Positions 56,744 through 64,000 of a stretch of DNA of 64,000 bases are shown piece by piece. This DNA is from a virus (taxonomy: Duplodnaviria; Caudoviricetes). The stretch lies in IMG/VR virus record IMGVR_UViG_3300049846_001081. One strand, given 5' to 3'. The position numbers and the translations under genes are program-made. The notes beneath the pieces were generated by a model. That model was not told where the DNA came from, made no database searches, and was given only the letters and a program-made list of their open reading frames with translations. Position 1 is the first letter of the stretch. Each line of letters begins with the position of its first letter.

Positions 56744-57209
56744 AGTAACGTTCAAGAAGCACAGAGTATTCCGTGAAACAGACGCAGTTGTTTTCTATGA
56801 TATATCAGTTGAGCATTCAAACGCTCAGGATCTCGTTGTTCATACTGGTCCTGCTATCAGTCCTCCTGATGATATTGTAGGAGCAAAACAATTTTATATT
56901 CATTATCACCAGGTAGATCATAATCGTGTTCTGTCTGGACTTCGCACGTTTGAACTTGTAAATCCTGAGTGGAGATACCCATATCATATCGTTCATCTTA
57001 ATCGTTCTTCTGGTGCATTAGTCATTCCTAAGATGACTTATCATCGTTCATATTCTGGTGAAGATGGATCTATCGTGATTAACCAAGCAATCCGCGATGA
57101 TGAGTTTAATCCAGAGACAGAGTTTATTCCAGTATCTGCTGCACAAAATCAAGAACTTTATCGCATTCTTGCACATGAAAAACCGGTGATTCATACGCTT
57201 GGAGAATAA
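56736..57209 (+). CDS. Cupin-like hypothetical protein (157 aa)
   Basis: HYHQVDHNRVLSG..FELV...LVIPKMTYHRS pattern fits a His-liganded cupin beta-barrel. Confidence 0.5.
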   Translation: MSEVTFKKHRVFRETDAVVFYDISVEHSNAQDLVVHTGPAISPPDDIVGAKQFYIHYHQVDHNRVLSGLRTFELVNPEWRYPYHIVHLNRSSGALVIPKMTYHRSYSGEDGSIVINQAIRDDEFNPETEFIPVSAAQNQELYRILAHEKPVIHTLGE

Positions 57210-57211
57210 CT

Positions 57212-57607
57212 ATGGGTATGTTTGATTATGTGCGTTCTTCATATAATCTGGGAGAACAATTCACAAATGTAGAGTGTCAGACAAAAGATATTGAAGAGGG
57301 ATATAGTGGAACAATGTCTCACTTCTGGATAGATCCTGCTGGTTATTTGTGGTGTGGTGATTATAAAGGAACATCAACATTTGAAACTATTGAAAAGGAC
57401 GATCCACGCTATAGTTCCAAACATCTATTCCTAAACTATGAGTGGGTTCCTACGGGTCAACGTGGAAGGTATCACGTTCATCCGATTACAAAATATGTTG
57501 AAATATATCCAGCACAATGGGATGGATTGTGGGAAGATTGGCCTCGCTGTAGATTGCACTTTAAACATGGTAAGTTAATGGATTTTGAGGATGTTACTGG
57601 GCGATGA
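57212..57607 (+). CDS. Conserved-type phage hypothetical protein (MGMFD family)
   Basis: MGMFDYV..QTKDI N-terminal pattern. Confidence 0.6.
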   Translation: MGMFDYVRSSYNLGEQFTNVECQTKDIEEGYSGTMSHFWIDPAGYLWCGDYKGTSTFETIEKDDPRYSSKHLFLNYEWVPTGQRGRYHVHPITKYVEIYPAQWDGLWEDWPRCRLHFKHGKLMDFEDVTGR

Positions 57608-57732
57608 GTGATAAAGTAAAAGTAGTCACTATGCTGAGTGTCCTAGTGGCACTTGACCTGTGTATCATTGGTGGGATATTATGGAAGGGTCACGCAAATT
57701 TCCCTGAACTCATCAAGCATCTACATCAATGA
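57604..57732 (+). CDS. Small membrane peptide (42 aa)
   Basis: Manual translation with one TM segment; ATGA overlaps. Confidence 0.45.
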   Translation: MSDKVKVVTMLSVLVALDLCIIGGILWKGHANFPELIKHLHQ

Positions 57733-58190
57733 AGGAATTTGACTATGCCCTGGACTACAAGGTTCTGGACTTCACACTTCCAGAGAATCGCAAACTTTAT
57801 CGCATTGCACGAGGGGAGCAAGGCGTATTATTGGTGCGCCCTTATACTGACGACATTTGCGCTCATTGGAGATTTGTAGATGTGGTTACTGCTCGTAAAT
57901 CTTCTGCTAAGATATACGAAATGTATCAAGATTATAAACGACAGAAGGATTTCATTGGAATGGATATGGCACGGAAATTCCTTGAGATGGGATTCACTCG
58001 CGCCAGACGGTACGCGAATCATAGTAGTGGACGGAAATATGATAAGACTGGAAAGGTACGTCCTCAAGAAATAGATTGGAAAACAAATGAAAAAGCACAA
58101 GCAGCACAAATCTTCAAAGAGGTGAGAGATAAAGTTGCTTATGATCCAGAGTATCAACAAATGCGTAAAGCATGGAGAGCATCAGAGTGA
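57729..58190 (+). CDS. DUF4385 family protein
   Basis: YRIARGEQGVLLVRPY, HWRF, DFIGMDMARKFLEMGFTRARRYANH. Confidence 0.8.
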   Translation: MKEFDYALDYKVLDFTLPENRKLYRIARGEQGVLLVRPYTDDICAHWRFVDVVTARKSSAKIYEMYQDYKRQKDFIGMDMARKFLEMGFTRARRYANHSSGRKYDKTGKVRPQEIDWKTNEKAQAAQIFKEVRDKVAYDPEYQQMRKAWRASE

Positions 58191-58504
58191 TTAGTACAGA
58201 ACTATTCCCATACGAAACCTTCCCCATTCGTCTTGAGTTTGGTGAGAAGAAGAACACTACAGTGTCTTATTTTCAGTGTCAGGAACACCTTGACAAATAC
58301 CTAGAAAGGTATAAACTGGATAAGAGAACTATTAAACTTGATTATCGTGATGGAGAACCCTCTAAACCCAGTCAAAAACGTAAGAGAAGTGTGGAACAAA
58401 AACCTGAACCAAAAAGTAAAGGAAGTGTTGGTACAGGTAAAAAACGAACCACCCGCTTGGATTCCACTAGAAACACTACTAGCACTACAAAGCGTAAAAA
58501 ATGA
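58187..58504 (+). CDS. Hypothetical protein with basic C-terminal tail
   Basis: ORF track 58172-58504; GTG at 58187 overlaps the upstream stop. Confidence 0.6.
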   Translation: MISTELFPYETFPIRLEFGEKKNTTVSYFQCQEHLDKYLERYKLDKRTIKLDYRDGEPSKPSQKRKRSVEQKPEPKSKGSVGTGKKRTTRLDSTRNTTSTTKRKK

Positions 58505-58662
58505 CTGAAGAAACAAAACTTATTCTGGGACTGATGCAGATTGATAATCTGACTTCGCTTCTGGAAGGCAACGAATATGAAAAGTTTTTGTGTAGTCATC
58601 TCATTTCAATTCAAGTAGAACTCAATAGGCAATTAAGTCATTATGGAAAAACAATTGATTGA
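58501..58662 (+). CDS. Small hypothetical protein (53 aa)
   Basis: Manual translation MTEETKLILGLMQIDNL...GKTID*. Confidence 0.55.
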   Translation: MTEETKLILGLMQIDNLTSLLEGNEYEKFLCSHLISIQVELNRQLSHYGKTID

Positions 58663-58855
58663 TGATGCTTTCTATGTGGAGCAAAAGAAATGGGGAACAT
58701 GGGACTCTTACGATAAAGAAGGAAAGTGTATCGTAACGTCACTGACTGAAGAGGAATGTGTAAGGGCAACCAGATTTCTTCTCAAGGGAAGACAAGAGGG
58801 ATTTGATGAAACTGCTCATATAAAATATGATGGAGTAGTTGGTGGAAAATTATGA
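58643..58855 (+). CDS. Hypothetical protein
   Basis: ORF track; ends in YDGVVGGKL. Confidence 0.6.
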   Translation: MEKQLIDDAFYVEQKKWGTWDSYDKEGKCIVTSLTEEECVRATRFLLKGRQEGFDETAHIKYDGVVGGKL

Positions 58856-59256
58856 CTCAAAGTGTTTACAAGACAGAACTTTATCGTAACCCCAAAATAC
58901 AAATTAAAAGATCACCAGTTCAAGGTTGGGGAATGTTTGCAAATGAACCTCTCAAAAAGTATGAACTTTTAGAGGAATCTCCAATTATTATTATTGGGCA
59001 AGAAGAACTTGCAAATCCACATAATCTTGGTAGATATTTTGCCACTATTAAAGACGGGAGAGTTTTCATAAGTTTGGGTTCTGGTGTTTTGTATAATCAT
59101 TCTCTCACACCTAATGTTGAATGGTATATTGATGGAGTTAATCTGACTCAGAACTATTACACATTAAGAGACATTGAAGTTGGCGAAGAACTTTTTTCAT
59201 GCTATAATCCAAATATAACTTTTGAAGAACAAAATGGCAATCAGATCGTTCACTGA
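58852..59256 (+). CDS. SET-domain protein (putative lysine methyltransferase)
   Basis: SPVQGWGMFA, LYNHSLTPNV and LRDIEVGEELFSCY match the SET GxG, NHSxxPN and ELxxxY motifs. Confidence 0.85.
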   Translation: MTQSVYKTELYRNPKIQIKRSPVQGWGMFANEPLKKYELLEESPIIIIGQEELANPHNLGRYFATIKDGRVFISLGSGVLYNHSLTPNVEWYIDGVNLTQNYYTLRDIEVGEELFSCYNPNITFEEQNGNQIVH

Positions 59257-59688
59257 TAAAAATGGTAACGTTTGGGAATGGAAAGAAACTCCCGAAGTTC
59301 TAGAAGCACTTAAAAACTTTCACGCAGGAGATTATCAAGGTCCTCTTTATGCTCCACATCCTGATTTGAATAATGAAAATAAGACTAACACCTAATCAAC
59401 AGATGTGGGCTAATATCTTTCGTTGTGCTGTAGAACGTTCTAATCTTTACTTCGCAGATAAAGATCTAGATAGACACGCAAGAGAGCACACTACAGTTGT
59501 ATTAGCACTTCAAAAAGGAGAACAGTTTTGGAAGGAACTCCTGTAGAACAACCCTATCACGTTCTTGATCCTACGACTCCTTGGTATGAATGGATGTCAT
59601 ATCTTGAGTGTTGTCAGAGTTTGAACATAAAACCTAGCATGAATAGATTTCTTGCCTATAATAGATACTATAAATCCGTTATAGAGGA

Positions 59689-59910
59689 ATGAATTTTTTA
59701 CGCTGGTTGTTTTCTCCCACCGACAAAGAAATGTGTGAAGAGACTAATATCTACTCCATCCTTCTTGATCTACAAGAAAGAGTAGAAGTATTAGAGGCAG
59801 AGAACATTGAAACCACAAATACTCTTTATGAACTTATGAATTCTATTGATGCAGTTGATGCACGTATAGATATTCTGACTTTAGAAAAGTGGAAAGAGAA
59901 AGATGTATAA
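59689..59910 (+). CDS. Hypothetical coiled-coil protein
   Basis: ORF track; AGAGG RBS. Confidence 0.65.
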   Translation: MNFLRWLFSPTDKEMCEETNIYSILLDLQERVEVLEAENIETTNTLYELMNSIDAVDARIDILTLEKWKEKDV

Positions 59911-59916
59911 TAAATA
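59910..59916 (+). promoter_or_regulatory. Late promoter 1 of nuclease cassette
   Basis: ATAAATA. Confidence 0.6.
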
Positions 59917-59918
59917 GA

Positions 59919-59978
59919 TTGTCTGTTGGTACTGCAATTCTCTACAGACAAGATTAGGTGCTCCTGTGAGCACCTTTT
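59919..59978 (+). ncRNA. Candidate ~60-nt small RNA (hairpin plus terminator)
   Basis: Stem TTGTCTGT (59919-59926)/ACAGACAA (59944-59951) with a 17-nt loop, then a terminator; bases 59922-59936 are complementary to 60005-60019. Expression is not shown. Confidence 0.4.
59956..59978 (+). terminator. Rho-independent terminator
   Basis: AGGTGCTC-CTGT-GAGCACCT followed by TTT. Confidence 0.7.
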
Positions 59979-59993
59979 CTACTATGAACTTTA

Positions 59994-60000
59994 ATAAATA
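59994..60000 (+). promoter_or_regulatory. Late promoter 2 of nuclease cassette
   Basis: ATAAATA 25 nt upstream of the ATG at 60026. Confidence 0.7.
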
Positions 60001-60025
60001 ATAATGCAGTACCAATAGAATAGAA

Positions 60026-60772
60026 ATGACTAAAAAAAGTCCAAGAATATACACGTATAAAATTACTTTTGAAGAAGTTCCATATTATTACTATGGAGTA
60101 AAAAAAGAAAAATATTTTAATCAAAAATATTTTGGTTCTCCTATAACACATAAATGGTGCTGGAAATTTTATACGCCAAAGAAACAGATATTAGAAGTGT
60201 TTGATTATACTGATGAAGGATATTGTAAAGCATTTGAAGTTGAAAAAAGACTAATTAAACCAGTTCTAAATGATAAGTGGTGCCTAAATGAAAATGTTGG
60301 TGGAGTTATATCTTTATCTTCTTTAAGAAAAGTAGGTGAAAATCATTTCAAAAATGGTACAGGTTGTTTTTGTCTATCTAAAGAAGAAAGAACAGAACTG
60401 AGTAAAGAAATTGTTGAAAAGAATAGAAAAAATAAAATCGGATTATTTGGTATGAACAAGAAACAAGTACTTGATGCTGCCAAACTAGGAGGACAGAAAA
60501 GTTTTGAAATGAAAACAGGAGTTTTTTCATTAACGAAAGAAGAAAGAAAGGAATTAAATCAAAAACTTAAAGAAGAAAAAAGAGGAATTTATGGAATAAG
60601 TAAAGAAAGAAGAGAAGAAATTGGTAGAGTGTCTGGAAAAAAATCTGCAAAGATAATAAATTCTCAAAAGTGGGAATGTTCTGAAACTGGTTATATATCA
60701 ACGCCTGCAGGTCTTACGCATTATCAAAAATCAAGAGGTATAGATACTTCCAAAAGAAATAGGATTAAGTAA
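60026..60772 (+). mobile_element. Free-standing GIY-YIG-like (Seg-type) homing endonuclease gene
   Basis: IYTYKIT..YYYYG, YFGS, AFEVEKRLI and LNENVGG in the N-terminus; four KxG(I/V/L/C)(F/Y)xxxKxxR-like repeats; A-rich; flanked by an ATGTAT direct repeat. Confidence 0.7.
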
Positions 60773-60955
60773 ATGTATGAAAATCAAAGTAATTTTGAAA
60801 AAGCACTCTTGCTATTTTGCAATAGAGTTGATATAATATGTGCTATGGAGATGTCTAACAAAATTGATGCTGACTCTGCTTACAAAAATATTAAGGCTGA
60901 ACTTAAAGAACTCAAACGAATCCGCAAACAACTCAAAAAAGACGCGGATTTGTGA
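60773..60955 (+). CDS. Hypothetical protein
   Basis: ORF track. Confidence 0.6.
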   Translation: MYENQSNFEKALLLFCNRVDIICAMEMSNKIDADSAYKNIKAELKELKRIRKQLKKDADL

Positions 60956-61070
60956 TAAATGTGGTGTTGTAAAACCTCTTGACAAAGATCACTATCAAGT
61001 GGTAAAGTATTTTCGTGATGGTTTCTCTTACTATTGCCACGACTGTTCTAAACCTAAACCCAGAGATTGA
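60867..61070 (+). CDS. Zn-ribbon-like small protein
   Basis: CDKC...YYCHDC; start codon uncertain. Confidence 0.55.
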   Translation: MLTLLTKILRLNLKNSNESANNSKKTRICDKCGVVKPLDKDHYQVVKYFRDGFSYYCHDCSKPKPRD

Positions 61071-61072
61071 TT

Positions 61073-61501
61073 ATGGACTATAAAAAGTATTCACTTGAAA
61101 ATCTTGAAAACTGGATGCATGATGCACTTTCTTGTAGTGAAGCATCGTCGCAAGAGATTTATGATGTGATTAAAAATGTCGTGAGTGAAAACTACTACAT
61201 TTACAAAGATCATACTGAAAGGTGTTATGAACTTCTTGCACTACTGAATGGTAATGGTAAAAAAGTACAACTTGATTTTGATGTTGAGGCAATTAGAGAA
61301 GCAGGTGGATATGAATGGACTCCAGCATTATCAAACGATAAAGTTGTAAAGTGGCAACTTCCTGTTGAGGTTGATGGTGCAAGTGGGGAATACTTTGTTC
61401 AGTTTCCTGATGATCTCTTAAAGGCAACAAATCTAAAGGAAGGAGATCAAGTTCAGTGGATAAATCAAGGTGATGGTTCTTATCTATTGCGTAAAGTATA
61501 A
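61073..61501 (+). CDS. Protein with C-terminal AbrB/MazE-like DNA-binding domain
   Basis: GEYFVQFPDDLLKATNLKEGDQVQWINQGDGSYLLRKV. Confidence 0.7.
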   Translation: MDYKKYSLENLENWMHDALSCSEASSQEIYDVIKNVVSENYYIYKDHTERCYELLALLNGNGKKVQLDFDVEAIREAGGYEWTPALSNDKVVKWQLPVEVDGASGEYFVQFPDDLLKATNLKEGDQVQWINQGDGSYLLRKV

Positions 61502-61695
61502 TGGAAACCCTCCAATTTCTTGCTCCCATTCTTGGTGGTCTTTGTATCAATAATTTTATGGAAAAACAAGGAGATTTTTGTAATTTTAGACAAGAACCAC
61601 CATCTGTGGTAAAATACTATGAACCTGGAAAGTCCTGTTATGTAAATGGGACATTTTACACTAAATGTGAGGATAGATTAAATGGCATTAAGTAA
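61501..61695 (+). CDS. Hypothetical protein
   Basis: ORF track. Confidence 0.55.
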   Translation: METLQFLAPILGGLCINNFMEKQGDFCNFRQEPPSVVKYYEPGKSCYVNGTFYTKCEDRLNGIK

Positions 61696-61909
61696 GCAAA
61701 CACTAGATCACCTTTTGGAGGCAGAATCACATCTTCGTGCTGCAATCAAGTCCGCTGCCATAAATGAAAAACCATTAGTAGTTAAGCAATTATCACAACT
61801 TCTTCTTGATGTGGAACAATGTAAGAAGTTTGAGGAGATTATGGATATTCTGGAGAACAGAAAACCAGGTAGTCGTGGTAGTTTTGGTTCATTCTTTGAT
61901 GAAGATTAA
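61682..61909 (+). CDS. Hypothetical protein
   Basis: ORF track. Confidence 0.65.
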   Translation: MALSKQTLDHLLEAESHLRAAIKSAAINEKPLVVKQLSQLLLDVEQCKKFEEIMDILENRKPGSRGSFGSFFDED

Positions 61910-61998
61910 GAACTGTAAAGCAATCCCGAAGAGATTATTAAATGTCTAGATAGTTTATGTTGATATGCTAATATATCTGGGTACTCGGGAGCAAAACA

Positions 61999-62163
61999 AT
62001 GACACTTTCATCAGATAACAAAAAAAATCTATCAGACTCTGAGTGGAATGAAATGAACGCTCTTCGTAAAGCAATCAATGATCGTCCACAAGCAGTTCAT
62101 CCAGATAAAATGGAAGAGTTCACTGCTTACCTTGTGCGAAGTTTGCGAGAAATGGGCAATTAA
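61999..62163 (+). CDS. Small hypothetical protein (54 aa)
   Basis: Manual translation MTLSSDNKKNLSDSEWNEMNALRKAINDRPQAVHPDKMEEF...; GGGAG RBS. Confidence 0.6.
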   Translation: MTLSSDNKKNLSDSEWNEMNALRKAINDRPQAVHPDKMEEFTAYLVRSLREMGN

Positions 62164-62210
62164 ATAAGTGTCATAGGGTGCTGGACAAGCACCCTTTTTT
62201 GATATATACT
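62155..62210 (+). promoter_or_regulatory. Early promoter with upstream dyad and overlapping terminator hairpin
   Basis: GGCAATT-AAAT-AAGTGTC (62155-62172); TGGACA (62182-62187)-N17-TATACT (62205-62210); hairpin AGGGTGCT/AGCACCCT plus T run. Confidence 0.65.
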
Positions 62211-62231
62211 GTTTTGAGAATAACAAATCTA

Positions 62232-62648
62232 ATGAATCTTAAAGCAGTTTTAATTGCTAGTCTAATTACATTACCTTTTCCTGCATTTGCTCAACAAACT
62301 AACATCTATTCTGTTTGTACTAATTACCAAGAAAACTATACTCCTGGGTATTATGATCAATATGGTAATTATATTCAAGGAAATGTAAATACACAACGTT
62401 ATAATGTTCAGTGTGGAACTGGTACATACTATCGTCCTAATGGTGGGGCAGTATATCAATCTCCAGTCACTGCACCTGTAGCGCAACCTGGATATGGTAG
62501 AGGTTACTGTTCTCCAGCAAGAACCACTCTTGGTGGTTTGCTTGGTGGAGGGATTGCTGCGTCAGTTTCTAAAAAGAATGCTTGGAGTTGGGCTATTCCT
62601 CTTGGTGCAGTATTGGGAACTGGTGTAGCAAATGCCACATGCTATTAA
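62232..62648 (+). CDS. Exported protein with glycine-zipper C-terminus
   Basis: Signal peptide ending PAFA; TTLGGLLGGGIAA...IPLGAVLGTGVA. Confidence 0.65.
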   Translation: MNLKAVLIASLITLPFPAFAQQTNIYSVCTNYQENYTPGYYDQYGNYIQGNVNTQRYNVQCGTGTYYRPNGGAVYQSPVTAPVAQPGYGRGYCSPARTTLGGLLGGGIAASVSKKNAWSWAIPLGAVLGTGVANATCY

Positions 62649-62694
62649 AGTTACTCACCTCCAAAGTGTCTTAGTAATGTAAGCACGCAACACA

Positions 62695-63105
62695 ATGGCA
62701 ACTCGCTCACGCATCGGTCTTGAACTTGCTGATGGTTCTATTCTCTCCGCATATGCACACTGGGATGGTTATCCTGAGTGGATGGGTCGTATTCTTCGCA
62801 CTCATTACAATACCAAAGATAAAGTTGCTGAACTGATTGATGGTGGTGATATGAGTTCTCCTTGGACTAATGCTGGTTTCAATAATGAAACTGTTGAACA
62901 AGGTCCACTGTATTATTCTCAACGTGGTGATAATTGCCCTCCTCGCCTTGATGCTGATCTGTGTGAGTATCTTCTGCCCGATAACAGCGAAGAGTTTGCA
63001 TATGTCTTTAGCAGTGGTGAGTGGGTGTGCTATAATATGAATCAGTTTGATGATACCAAACTTCCCGAAGTTGTTGAGATTCCCTCTGGAGCACTTGCTG
63101 TATGA
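62695..63105 (+). CDS. Conserved-type phage hypothetical protein
   Basis: MATRSRIG...YAHWDGYP pattern. Confidence 0.7.
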   Translation: MATRSRIGLELADGSILSAYAHWDGYPEWMGRILRTHYNTKDKVAELIDGGDMSSPWTNAGFNNETVEQGPLYYSQRGDNCPPRLDADLCEYLLPDNSEEFAYVFSSGEWVCYNMNQFDDTKLPEVVEIPSGALAV

Positions 63106-63263
63106 TTAGTAAGAAGTATATTATTACTGGACTAATTGGTTTTGCTGTCATTCTTGGGTGGAATGTATTTCTAATTCAGCGTGATGAGCGACTTTATGAT
63201 GCTTACTATCGTGCTAAAGCGATAGAGAACCTGAAAAGTCCTCCAAGCGATAAGATTCGGTGA
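63102..63263 (+). CDS. Small membrane-anchored protein (53 aa)
   Basis: Manual translation MISKKYIITGLIGFAVILGWNVFL...; ATGA overlap. Confidence 0.5.
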   Translation: MISKKYIITGLIGFAVILGWNVFLIQRDERLYDAYYRAKAIENLKSPPSDKIR

Positions 63264-63579
63264 TTTACTTTCTTATTATTTCAGCAGGATTTGGATGGTG
63301 CTTTTTTGTACTGTTTTCTAAACACTTTGATTACCTAGACGATCGCAAACGCAAATGATTTCAAAACGTATCCGAGAACTGATTATGAAAGCTGAACGTG
63401 AAAAGATTGCCCGCGAATTTTGGGAGGAAATTGAGCGGGAAGCAGCAAAACTTGAAGTAACAGTTGACTATTACCTTGCAGAGTTTTACTGATGACTTTT
63501 ATTCTTGGAGTTGGAGTTGGTATTCTTTTAACTATCGGATACGCAATCTTATCAGTTGCATCTGATGCTGATGATGTGA

Positions 63580-63608
63580 TTGACAATGAATACAAAAAAG
63601 ACTAAACT
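63580..63608 (+). promoter_or_regulatory. Sigma70-like early promoter
   Basis: TTGACA-N17-TAAACT, followed by a GAGG RBS. Confidence 0.65.
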
Positions 63609-63631
63609 TAAGAGGTAAATTACACAAACAA

Positions 63632-63874
63632 ATGGCACAAAAGTTTCTTTACATCGTTGATCATTATGTTCCTTTTCCTTCTTCTGAGTATGGTGGACTG
63701 TGGAATGTAATTGCAGAAGATGATGACGAATGTTTTGATTTGATTTCCGCAGAGGATAATGGTAATTTTTACGAAAAGTTTTATAGCAATCTGAGAGAAA
63801 ACATCCTCAATGCAAGAACTTATGCCCTTGCCGAAGATTTTGATTCTGTTGTTGTTGAGTCTTTTACCACTTGA
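63632..63874 (+). CDS. Hypothetical protein
   Basis: ORF track; downstream of promoter and RBS. Confidence 0.7.
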   Translation: MAQKFLYIVDHYVPFPSSEYGGLWNVIAEDDDECFDLISAEDNGNFYEKFYSNLRENILNARTYALAEDFDSVVVESFTT

Positions 63875-64000
63875 TGATTGACACCTCACTAAATCGCCTT
63901 GAGTTTAACCTCAAGGAACAGTATCAAGATCGTATCAACTATCTTCAACAAAAGATTACGGAGCAACAACATGAAATCTTGCGACTCCAAGAACAAATCA

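Noticed and set aside
58275-58317. Possible fourth dyad-class promoter (TTGACA at 58290-58295, TAAACT at 58312-58317)
   Set aside because: 16-nt spacer, only the right half-site (AGTGTC) is present, and it lies inside a coding region; too weak to call.
60026-60772. Group I intron hosting the endonuclease
   Set aside because: The ORF lies between two intact genes, no gene is split, and no P/Q/R/S core elements were recognised.
62655-62690. AAAGTGTC half-site upstream of the 62695 gene
   Set aside because: The left half-site and the 33-nt spacing to a -10 box are missing; it may be a different promoter type but cannot be supported here.

Overview
64 kb of an AT-rich dsDNA phage genome, most likely a T4-like cyanomyovirus. 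This is inferred from ATAAATA/CTAAATA late promoters, sigma70-like early promoters and cyanophage-type fibre genes; no core marker gene lies in the window. All credible genes are on the + strand. Layout: (1) 1-1290: tRNA-Thr(UGU), small ORFs and a Mom-like DNA-modification gene. (2) 1329-47244: late structural region with giant fibre/spike proteins and nine RCC1/BLIP-II-like 7-bladed beta-propeller genes (63 blades). Six of these form a tandem array of fibre-Ig-propeller paralogs, each with its own late promoter. (3) 15549-29581, embedded in the structural region: a 19-gene island with eight 2OG-Fe(II) oxygenases (one lysyl-hydroxylase-like), about seven glycosyltransferase-like proteins, a sulfotransferase and a methyltransferase. 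(4) 47245-64000: early-type accessory region of small coupled ORFs, including a HEXXH peptidase-like protein, a DUF4385 protein, a SET-domain protein, an AbrB-like fusion and a free-standing GIY-YIG-like nuclease cassette. Best leads: the nuclease cassette carrying a predicted small RNA complementary to its own leader; the recombining propeller-adhesin repertoire; the co-located hydroxylation/glycosylation island; an 18-bp dyad at a fixed distance upstream of three early promoters; and mini-gene cassettes joined by repeated RBS junctions. All family assignments are by motif recognition by eye; no database search was run.
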